Source of the DNA: Tubulanus polymorphus
Lineage: Eukaryota; Animalia; Nemertea
Length of the DNA stretch: 64,000 bases
Assembly: GCF_964204645.1 (NCBI RefSeq)
Contig: NC_134025.1
Span: 27,074,299-27,138,298 of the forward strand
Reading direction: 5' to 3'
Positions 9,454 through 20,277 of this stretch are shown in pieces. The position numbers and the translations under genes are program-made. Each line of letters begins with the position of its first letter. Within the stretch, counting starts at the first letter, position 1. The notes under the pieces were generated by a model that saw only the letters and a list, made by a program, of their open reading frames with translations, made no database searches and was not told the origin of the DNA.

Positions 9454-12400
9454 TTAAGGAAAGAATTAATGGATTTAGCCAGTGTCTTTTGAATTTATTG
9501 ATAATTGGCTATTGAAGTCACTAAACGTAGTAGCGCTTGACATATTCTTCCAATATAATGGAGTTACGTGTCTTAGGTCTTGTACTCTTTGTTCGGGGAA
9601 ATGTAGCGACAGTTCCTCTGACTGACAATCTCAACCGACCGATCAAACCATCAGCCAGTAATTCGACCTTGCACTATATTGACACAAACCAGTTTTACGA
9701 TGTAGCTTCCGCTTTCATGCGGATTAATGCCTCGTGCTGTGACTATCGCACACCTTTAAAACGGCTTCCGTACCGGCAAATAAATGAAAGATGACTAAGA
9801 GATACACATTACAAATTCGAATTTGCAATAAAACAGCCCTTCGCCATTTTTGGGATGGACTTGCTATTTCCAGCTGCTATTTTCATCTCACAAAAAAAAT
9901 ATACCCCTCAATTACCCTGAAAGTGTATTGAATTAAAGTTGCAGTTTGTGTCATAGAATATGAAATATATACAGAATGTAGTTGTATTGTATAGTGTATA
10001 TGATATAGACAGTAATGTGAATTCTCCGAGGTGTTGTTTCTGTAACTTCACTGCCCACATTCATGGATACGATTCTGAAAACACGACACCAATTTTATGT
10101 AACTTCTTTTAGCCGGTATATATATTCCTGTACATGACATCGATGCTTCACAGCACACTAATGACTATCAGCCCACTCGGGAGTGGTTTTTTTTTGGAGA
10201 GTTGTTGATTGTCGACTGAGCAATCGAGTCGTCTGAGTTGTGTTGTTTGATTTCGTGTTTTATAGTACTCTTTATCAGAATGAAGTGTATTTGGTGAACC
10301 GTCAATGAAGTGCCACTCCAGCTCGGCGTAAAAAATGTTTGATAATCATAATGAAAAGTATGAACAAATCATTATATTTTTCTAATTGATCAGTTTTAGC
10401 TGCTTTCCATGGATTTGTTTCTACTCAGAGTTTCAGTTTTATGTTGTATTTCTTAAATGATTGATATCGAATCTATGATATGTCGTGGGTTCATTGTGTT
10501 TATCTTGGCCAATATGTTTGTTTGTCACTCAACGTCATATAATCCTGTCTCGTATAAGGCTTTAAATCTTCATGAAACGCTGATGTTTGTTATGACTGAC
10601 TCCAAGAGCACATTTTCTACAAGGCTCAACTAGTTGATGTAGGCTATTGCAGACCTGCCCCTATTTGAGCGTAGTATCTACTCTTTTCAAGAGCTCAACA
10701 ACTACCAAAAACATTAAGATACTCTCAAAATCAGAATGATTTCTATTTCATTTTCGATCAAAACTTCCATTTTTTATGTCAAATTACTTGAATTTTTTGG
10801 TAAAAAGTATTACAATTTGAGATGGGCAGGTAGTCTGGTCTGCTATTATAGCTTCCCTATGGAAACAGTAATTGTAGCAGTTGAAACAGTTTCTCTCAAA
10901 TCAAGTCAATTAATCAATTTATGAATTTCATTTCTCAGGAAAACTAAGAATCGTAAAGCTGCATTGTTTGGCACAAGTACACTATCATGGACACAGTTTA
11001 CTAAGTTTACATTTAGGACAAGAAAAGTGTCGACACCAGGTCCATATTACACTTGTCTTCATTATATCAAGGTTCTTTCATCTTCTGACATTAGTTTAAC
11101 ATATCAGAGGGTTTGACTAGAGCTAAGTTATGAGTGTCAGATAGATGGTCGGTTAGATGGATATCGAGACCTAACGAAAGTGAGTCAACTCGCAATCATT
11201 CATCGGATTTTGTTTCACGGCGCTTTTATTTCCTGTAACGGGTAGCGTTGGTGTGTGAAGTACCAACAGACTTTTTACAAATTCATGACACATTTTTTGT
11301 AAATGCTGATGGCGGAACCTTTTTATCTAAACCCGAGAAATCTGATATATCGCTTCATCGTTGTCCGTTCCGACAATGTGATTATTTCTCGATGTATTAC
11401 TTTATTTTGAGGGTTATTTTGACAGCTAATCTGCGGTAATACTACACGTTTAATGGCTGGTTGACACTGGTGGATTCAATGTTTACTTGAAAATAGCGCA
11501 TGAGCCTATTTCAGCCCTTTCAAAGTCAGCTGCAGAGTCCCTAAACCCATTAACCGATGATAATATGGTTTTATCATTATACTGACAAAAGCTTTTGCGT
11601 AGGTTAGTTTCTATAGAATTCTGTATTCGAAGGGTCGATTCAGTTTTTAGCGTGGATTCGCTATTCGTGGAGAGGAGTTATAACACAACAGTCGGAAACC
11701 ATTTGGGAATGGATGACAAGCGGTAAGACACACAATGAGAAAAGCTTTATGACCGTGATCTGAAAATAGTATCTAAACCTTAACCGGAATTGCCTAGAAG
11801 GAGAATTGGATTGCTCGGCGCCGTAATAAAGATGCCATTGACATGTTTGTTTAATGCCAGTTTTTACCTCCTGCCCCCTGTACTGCCTTAATTTGATTAC
11901 GGAACCAGTTCGACTAAAAGCAATTCTTTTGAGGTACATTTCAAGTTGTTACAATCGCGGCATCGATGCGTTTTCTTGGATGGCGGTCGGCCGGAGTCTG
12001 CTTTTATCTCACGAATAGTGATTACACACGTTCAATGACATCCTCCGCGGCCGCACCACCCCGAACCCATTAGATAAATACGGGCGGAAATAGAAATTGG
12101 CTTGAAATGTATCAGAAGAACCTATCTATCAATTTATTAATGAAAATTAACTTGACATTTTGACTATTGGATTTTGTACGGATTGATAGTCCGCTTCCAT
12201 CTCCTTCCATTTCCTGCATGTGCCGTGTAAAACTGTTGCACTCACGTTTAATGGTTTTTTCTCATCGAATCCGCGGCGTAATCGCTTTTTTGTTTTTCCT
12301 GATATGGATTTTCCCCTGGTAACACTTCGTCTAATTCCATGGCGTCGACTGATCGATGACAATGGCCCGAGAAAACGGTGCGTTTTCGGTCGGAGACATT

Positions 12401-13052
12401 ATTGGCTTAAGATAAAACGCTGCGAAATTTAAAGTTGTGATCTTTGTGATTCTATCCACACGGCCACTTTCCTTTCAATTATCTATTTCCTACTTCGATG
12501 CTTTTTCTTTGATAAAAATTGTTTTTGAAATTCAAGAACATGTTTGAATTAGGAAACATTGAGCTGTTCCGTGAAACGGACTAATGAATTGTCTTCGAAT
12601 AGCTCACGTTGCAAAAGGTACGGAGAAGATTGTTAAAACTAGTTGAACGTACTTATTGGTTCGTTGATCGTTCGTATATTGGAATTACTTGTAACGATGA
12701 AATAATGCATTCCCTTGCAGAATGAATATATATGTGTGCAATAAATCCGTGACCGCGAATGTCATCTATTCATTACGATCCTCCGATGGATATAATGATG
12801 GATTTTAGTGCACTGACGGTTGTTGTTGGTCATTTATCCTTAGCATTATAGTTACTACCTCATCTTAGTCGAACAACTCTCATTAAATGTTACTCGCTCG
12901 TGTGGTTGCACTAATTGCATGACGCGATGACATTATATCACATTTCGGACGACGTTCCGAAACTAGAATGTATCAAACTATCGCTATAAAAACTCGTATC
13001 TCTATGATAGTATTCCCGATATGGATGGATGTTAAAAATAGCTTAACATTGT

Positions 13053-13284
13053 AGCCGCGATCACACACGCATTTTTGGCCTGTTCCAAATTAGGCCCGGA
13101 ACAACTGTTCACACGGGTTCCAAATGGGCCCATGCCTTACTGGTTCCGGATCTGATTCACTGCACTTTGTTGAACCATTGTTTATTATTGGTTAATGTGT
13201 GAACGCACTCTCAAATTGGGCATGGGCTAAATTTGACACTGGTCTGATTCGGGCCAAATTGTCTCCTTGCGATAGCACACAGCT
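13053..13284 (-). mobile_element. MITE family A copy, reverse orientation
   Basis: Terminus AGCCGCGATCACAC; interior is the reverse complement of family A motifs (ctggttcc, gtgtgaacgcactctc, gggccaaattgtctcc). Confidence 0.75.
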
Positions 13285-14697
13285 ATATTCTGATGTCGAA
13301 ATGCGGTAGGACGGTGGGATATCAATATGTAGATGATAAATTTGAAATTATCTTTGATAGTCAACATTTCCAAACTGCTCACTGCCGAACAAAGATTATT
13401 TGAACAACTCCCGAGCACACTTTTCTTTTTTGATAATGATAATTTTTGTTGTCCATTAGTAAGAGTTTCTATCCGGATATTTGGTATGGAATCCCAGGTC
13501 ACGCCATCAGATTTCCCTCGTTCAAAATCTCCTTTAGGTTTTATGGTGAATTAGTTTTGGCTAGCCGGTTATTCAAGCTTGATTAAATGTTCTCGTGCAT
13601 CTAACCGGTGAAAAAAGTGATGTACATACAAAGTGGCTGGAAATCTGCCTTTTGACGGATCATGCAGATCGCCTCTCAAATCTGTGGTTCTCTGCAAGAA
13701 AAGCAATATGTCGTGCAGGCAAGTAATCATGATGTAAGGATTCATCCGTTAGAAGGCTTCAGAGCTAAACGAAAATAATACCACAACTGCAACCACTTGT
13801 GAACAGCTAAGCCGGCCATTCACCATAGTAGGGTTAAATAAGGGAAGTCTGATATCTAATCTCAATCTAAGTCTAATGGATAGTGGTTTTGGGTAGAAGG
13901 ACTACAATTTGCTTAAGTATCTTTGATAGCATGACTGAAGCTTCAATACGCTATTATCAAAATTCCAGAAGTAATTCTGGATTTTGTGTTATCTCATTTT
14001 TATGTATGTCCGTTTTTTGTTTTTCCAAAGTTATGAAGGCGGCGACTTCGTCTGCAGTGTCTGAAGTAAATCTCGGACTCCCGTCAAGGGCTTTGAAATC
14101 TGTCAGACAACGTTTGATGTTGAAATGTAGGATTAAAGACTTTATTTATTGGTCGTGATTAATGTCATCGACTTCTTTTTGCTCCATTCTCATCCATCAT
14201 CCATCATAGGATTAATCAGGTTTATTAATGCTTTACTGATAGATCAAGGGGCTATTCTGGCTTCAATTCAAACCCGATGGCCAAGCTTATTAAAGTTACC
14301 TGCTAAATGGAATGAAGGCTTGCTGGTATTCTTAATCTGCTAAACTGTCTTTGACTTTCACTGTGACTTGTATCTTATTATCACTACCTGTATCGGTACA
14401 TTTATTTGATTAATGCTGACATACATCACGTACTGATATTGACGAAAAGTTTCTCTAGTACTAGAGGATACAAGGACTATAAGATGTCTTTACCAGTGAT
14501 TAAGTCATTAGATTGTTAACTACGTGGAGCCTTGATCAATCAGAAGACCTCATAATCGCTGTCTGTTCAACAATACCAGTACCAAGGTCGCACTTTACCG
14601 AATAAGTTAAAAACAAAGCGTAACCAAACCTAGGAAAAGTAATTTAAACTTTTTAATCAAAATAGGCCCTGATAGTCGATTGCAGATCGGATTCTAA

Positions 14698-14859
14698 AGC
14701 TGTGTTGACACTATCGCTGGTTCGGCCGTCCTACTAGCACAGACCAAAACTAGCGCTGTGCGTTCTAACAGCTGTTATCACAGGTCCAGCTAGACGCAAC
14801 AATAGTTTCTATTCACACACTGAGAAATGGTCCATTCTAAATTTAGTGTAAATGAAGCT
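14698..14859 (+). mobile_element. MITE family B, internally deleted copy
   Basis: Shares ggtccagcta and gtttctattcacacac..gagaaatggtccattctaaa with the copies at 17614, 41278 and 47854; degenerate TIRs at both ends. Confidence 0.75.
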
Positions 14860-16787
14860 CTAGTGTATTGAGAGTCCATGATTGAATATTCAGACTCTTA
14901 GTAGATATTTTCAAAAGAACTACTTTAAGCTCGGAGATAACTGAAAACTTATTTTTTGCTAGTTTCGTGATTATTCCGAATTCATGTTGTTTCATATTAT
15001 CATACATCATGTTCACTGTCAATCGAGCTCATCAGTATGAATGCGATCGTGCCGCGATGTATTGTATGTTTTGATGATGTTTTATGGACATGTGAGGTTT
15101 ACCCTGAAACGCAAGTTCAACCGATGGACAATCCGATCCGTACCGGTGAATTGTTATGAATATTTAGCTATAGATGTTTTTTTATTGCTTGGCGATTTTC
15201 CGACGTGATGGGTTTCTGAGACGGAGATAAGAACGATGAAATGGTCGCGATCATGGCGTCCTTTATTACTTTAATGTTGTGCGAGCTTTAGATCGTTTGA
15301 CACGGCGCAAATTTCCTCAAATAAACAACTGCTTTTATAGCGAGTTCTTCCAGATTCCTCTCATGCTTCTCGATACTCGCAGTGTTACTAGCCGTGTAGA
15401 CCTACCCAGTATCGTGTTATGTCATAGACCTACCAAGAGAATTGCAGAACAAGAAAACTAATTTGAAAGTTTATCGACACCTCGAAAGATAACACATACA
15501 TTGCTTATTATTGTTGACTATAGATTATACAATATTAACAATTAGTGAAGTTATTTTGGATTTTAATATTGATCATTAAATTGAATTGACCGGCAACCAG
15601 TCTAGCCCCGATATATTGATAATGTGCACATCCTCTCAAAAATAATCATTAGAATTCAATTTCATTAAGATGAAATTTTTGAGATTTTTGAAATGGGTCA
15701 GTGTTTAATCAGTCCAATCTTATTGGCACACATTTTACCATTTGCAAATTTATGCATGAATACCCCAGGTTGTGAATTATGCGAATTTTTTGAATACGGA
15801 TAATGATTTTTCAGTCAATTAGTCCTAATGGTGTTGATATAGATTTCCTGAGAATTTTTACAAACAGACGTCATTTATTATGCCTGAACTTCCGAGAACG
15901 TCTTCTTCGCGCCGAAAATCCAATTTTCGTGCTGTCTGATTTAGAAAGATTTACTGCTATTTCTTTTGATTCGGATTGCGTGTCGCAAATTTACAGTATA
16001 CAACAACATCTCGGTGGAATATGAAATTCCGATTTCCCTTACTCTGACCCTGCAGGGAGCTTCATTTCTGATCTAATCAGTCCAATCTCATCTCGGTGAT
16101 CTCTCTCATTCTGATTTCATCGTTGCACAGTTCCAATAAAAATGTCAGCATTATTTGCCGCGTCATTTAACTGTAAGGGGTGCTGCTGCGTAAGTGCGAA
16201 ATTCTTGAACCAATAAAAATCCAGATGATCAATATTGTAGTCAGGTAGGGGAATTACCTCGCTCAGGGATTTGCCGCTTTGATAATTTCGTTCGTGATCC
16301 AGCAACCAACCAATAATTCAGAACTATTTCTATTGTTTTTGTTAGTAAGGCTTCATATTTCTTAAATTTCCACGATGTGAAATGTAGAAAGTGATTGAGG
16401 TTCTTCAGCTGAAATATCAGACTTCTATGATGATGATAATTTTCATTTTCATTGTTATAGATTGTTAGCTTCGATCAATAAAGAGTTTGGTTTTTTATGT
16501 TCAGGATGACTAGATTTGCTGGTTTGAATTTTTTATTTTTCTCGTGACATCCTATATGGATAGCGTTGTTATCGAATACAAATTCAGCTTCCAGCAAAAA
16601 TTACTGCGATTGTCTCCATCAGGTGGAAAGATGTGGATATCCCTTTGACTCTTGAGGTATTATTTCCATGTATTTGACGGCAAAATCGAATTCCTGGTGT
16701 TAAAAGGACTGCTTTTTTAAAAATCATATACATTCTGACTTGGAATTAAAGAAAGTACTTCGTTTGATTTGGTCCAAGAAGATTTTA

Positions 16788-17040
16788 ACCTGGCCCTCTG
16801 ATGTTGGAACTGTTTCCTTTACTGAACTCATTATGCTCCATGTACCAACCTTATTAAATGAGTTGTAAGATGTTTGGTCTCTAATAACCACGTTCTTGAT
16901 GGATTTAAACAGTTAGGAGATTTCAACCTGGCTGTTCACATTGGAACAGTTTTCTTTGCTGAATTCCTTGTATAATTATCTTGTTAAATGATTGGTGGCA
17001 TGTTGAGCGTCTGATAAGCATATTTCAGAACTGTTTCCTC
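16788..17040. repeat. Diverged tandem duplication, ~137-bp period
   Basis: aacctggc..ttggaac.gttt.cttt.ctgaa.tc...ctt.ttaaatga...tct.ataa begins at 16788 and again at 16925. Confidence 0.6.
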
Positions 17041-17613
17041 CAGCCGACTGAATTTTATCGTCGAGACTGTTTTCATTTCTATTCAATCCGCGCTATTTCC
17101 AATGAATATTGATAATATGGCTTGTGACATTTTGTCGAAATGGAAAATCCTACGCAGAATTCAAATGTAGACGATGCTTTCTGTCGCTAGGCATCGTATT
17201 TCGAGCTGCAAAGAATTTCCATTTCATCGTGAAAATAAACTTGCTCGTGTTTCATCAGTGTTGGTGATGAAATTAAATCACGTTTCAGGTTCTCAGCACC
17301 ATGTTTCAAAAAACATTTGTAGGTAGAAAAAGGTTTTTGAAATTAACATTTTTTGTCTGGATATCGTCAAAAAATCCTTCCCATTCATTATTCATATGCT
17401 ATTGATTTTTGCTATTGATATCCATCATTTTATTTACCACCATTCATTTTACCATTGAAAACATCGATTTATGATATTTTACATATGACAATACTATTTT
17501 CCATTTAGTTGAACAAGGTTTGTTTTTACATAGAATATTTGACCAGTATATTACATGAAATAGTATTCATTAGTCGGTTATGACTTGAATTTGAATCTGA
17601 AATTTGAACGTTT

Positions 17614-17939
17614 AGTGTTCATACTGTCACTAGTTAGTTCGTTCCAATTCTCTTACCTGGAACAGACAAGATCAATGTTGCACATTCACACGTGTTCTTG
17701 AATCCACTATTATCACTGGTCCAGCTTAACGCAACACTACTGTCAAGTAAGTAAAGCAAAGTTTCTATTCACACACAGAGAAATGGTGCATTTTGAAATC
17801 AAGAGTGGATCTGGATCTGTAAAACTCCAAATGGGTCCGTTCTAAAAGCTAAAGAATTGACTTTTTGCTAATGTGAACGCTTGGTCCAAATGGACTAAGA
17901 AATAGAGAATATTCTAAAGAATGACATGTGAATATGGCT
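17614..17939 (+). mobile_element. MITE family B copy in the probable 3' UTR of GPCR-1
   Basis: Collinear with 41278-41610; right TIR TGTGAATATGGCT. Confidence 0.8.
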
Positions 17940-17944
17940 TATGC

Positions 17945-18143
17945 TTCCGTTCGTGCACAAAGAAATTGCCTCTTTTGAAATATAGACCAGGGCCTGGATT
18001 GGTCTAAACTGGTCCATATTACAATGGTACTGACCAGTGCTGAGTAAAGCGCAGACGTTTTGCAAGTGTGAGTACTTTGTTCATTCTTAAATAGAATTGA
18101 CTAGATTCAAAGACATTCTAAATGACACAGTTTAAATGCAGCT
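17945..18143 (+). mobile_element. Degenerate right half of a family B-like MITE, ending at the GPCR-1 stop codon
   Basis: Resembles the right half of family B (gaaat..., cctggat, gtgtga, attctaaa); ends CAGTTTAAATGCAGCT, compared with TAGTGTAAATGAAGCT ending at 14859. Confidence 0.45.
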
Positions 18144-19172
18144 TCAGATGGTTGTTTGTACAGTTTGCGAGTTGTAATTACATAGTTTTCTATTCCTTCG
18201 TTGATCGCTACAGCTCAGCATCGATTTCAAGAGTCTTCTGAACTTTTTGCCTTTTAGACAGTAAATAAAGAAGTTCACTGAACTGTTGCAGGCAAACAGT
18301 AATTCCGTAATCATTTTGTAAATGTTTAAACTTATATCGGCTTGTTTAGAGAGTTTCTTTCCGCTATAGACTATTTCCAGCATGGAGAATACGAAGGCCG
18401 GCATTTCGCAAAGGATGAAACACGTAATTATCAAGATAAGAATTTGGGTGATATTGTGAGTGTTGCTTTGAGAAGGTGTTGGAGCGTTGGAGGCCGTCGT
18501 AATGAGCATCGTAGCTCGCTCGCGATCCGATTTCCTGATATTCGAAATCAGTATCAAATTGCTTATCATTAACGCTAAGAGCGGAATTACGAAGTAGATG
18601 ATGATGTAGAGCACGATCATGTAAGCGAGTCTGTACGTGCGGTTTTTGTAGGTCGTATATTCGGATTTGATGAACCGCGGCGAGTTGTAAACGACGCACA
18701 CGATGACCATCGAGGTGAAGATGATCTTCGTGCGCCGAACGGTCACCCATACGGTGGCGTACAACGGCAAACAAACGGCGATGCACCGGTCGACCGCGAT
18801 GATGATCATCGTGTAAATTGCCATGAATTTCGTAATCCAGAATAAGTTGTTCATGTATTTGAACGCGGGATTCTTGATGTTGTTGTAGCTGAGGAGGTAT
18901 GATAGCGACTGGTAACAAAAGTAATTCAGTAGAAATAGACCATCCACCGCTGACAATGCTAATAAAAGAAAATTGGTCGACGTCTTGCCGCCTTCTCTCC
19001 ACCAAACAGTAAATGATAACATATTCCCAATTAATCCGATGAGGCAAACAAGCGGAAGAACAATACACATAACGTAAAGTCTGATTATTTTATGGAGCTC
19101 GATGTCATCTTCGCGATTAGCCAGAGTTCCGTTGAGAACTTCCATTTGCGTGCTGCTGTTTTCACCATCCAT
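18144..19172 (-). CDS. Class A GPCR, FMRFamide/sex-peptide-receptor-like orphan (GPCR-1), 342 aa, intronless CDS
   Basis: Seven hydrophobic segments; GN (TM1), LSAVD (TM2), DRCIAVCLPL (TM3), CEMP (TM6), NSSVNFFIYCL..KKFR (TM7/H8); N-terminal sequons; acceptor ttttatttccag 18 nt upstream of the ATG implies a 5' UTR intron. Confidence 0.95.
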   Translation of the reverse strand: MDGENSSTQMEVLNGTLANREDDIELHKIIRLYVMCIVLPLVCLIGLIGNMLSFTVWWREGGKTSTNFLLLALSAVDGLFLLNYFCYQSLSYLLSYNNIKNPAFKYMNNLFWITKFMAIYTMIIIAVDRCIAVCLPLYATVWVTVRRTKIIFTSMVIVCVVYNSPRFIKSEYTTYKNRTYRLAYMIVLYIIIYFVIPLLALMISNLILISNIRKSDRERATMLITTASNAPTPSQSNTHNITQILILIITCFILCEMPAFVFSMLEIVYSGKKLSKQADISLNIYKMITELLFACNSSVNFFIYCLKGKKFRRLLKSMLSCSDQRRNRKLCNYNSQTVQTTI

Positions 19173-20203
19173 GTCTCGAAAGTAGATTCGCTGGAAATAA
19201 AATGAAAAAAAAAGATATTTACCGCGCGTTGACCAGTTGCGATTGTGGTTGATTCAGTCGAAAAAAGCAATGATGAATGATTTTGGCTGAAAAGTCAGAA
19301 TAAAAGAAAGCTCTAGGCTTTGCGCAATGTTAACTACCCTGGTAACTCTGTATGGCTGTATTTTTTAAAATTGTGACTGATTGACCCAAGTACGGATGGA
19401 AAACTATTCATTGAAATAAGAACCTGGACTGTTGAATGAATATTTTATAAGACTAGGGAGGCAGTTGCGAGATTAGAATTAGTAAAAGACTTTGGTTACC
19501 TCGGATAGATTCGACAATACACAAAGGTCTTAGGAGTAATAGTAGGCCTGAAACTTTTAATGCTAAACCAGAATCAATAGTTCAACCTCATCGTATACCA
19601 TTCAAAGCTACATAAAGTCGCCTGTCTCCTCTCTACCCCTGATGGCACTAACTCTCCGGGGACGATTAATACCTCATCCCTGTAATAACTCTTCACGGCT
19701 TCAGTAATCTATACATTACCTCCGTTGAATACCAATGATGATTTAACTGATATGCGCATAACCTTCGATATTAACGTGATCACTCGAATGCTTTTACACT
19801 AGAGCTGACCGTAACTGATCCACTATGCTGATAATAATTAACTTTCACATCACGGAGTTAATAGCAGGTGATTTAAATCGTTTTAATCGAATAGAAGGGG
19901 GTCAGTCGGTTTCATCGACTATTGACTAGGTTGGAAATTTATTATATAATTCATATGAACTTGTTACGAATACGTATTTAGTTATTTAGTAATTGTCTGA
20001 CGTGGCCATACAAATTGCATTACGTTGTCAGAATAGCAATTGTATTATGTTCGCGTGTTCTTGATCAAGAATTCTGGTTACAAAATGAATTATTCGCTTC
20101 GTTTTATAATTGAACGGAAATAGTCCAGACATTCGCGTAACAAATGGGCATCGTTATAGAAAAAAATCAACAGTTTGTATTCAAATGAATTTCTGCATAG
20201 GCC

Positions 20204-20237
<34 letters not shown>

Positions 20238-20241
20238 GTGT

Positions 20242-20276
<35 letters not shown>
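20204..20276. repeat. Compound microsatellite (TA)n(CA)n-spacer-(TA)n
   Basis: Directly visible; quasi-palindromic arrangement. Confidence 0.9.

Positions 20277-20277
<1 letters not shown>

Noticed and set aside
10736-10830. FSIKTSIFYVKLLEFFG vaguely resembles the next expected MED14 segment (FSEVRVYNYRKLILCYG)
   Set aside because: The nearest acceptor (10734) gives the wrong phase (immediate stop in phase 1), and the DNA is low-complexity T-rich.
18364-19068. 234-aa alternative-frame ORF and other ORFs overlapping the GPCRs (e.g. 45580-46005, 46025-46429, 26719-26955)
   Set aside because: Shadow ORFs explained by GPCR codon composition; no recognisable protein features.
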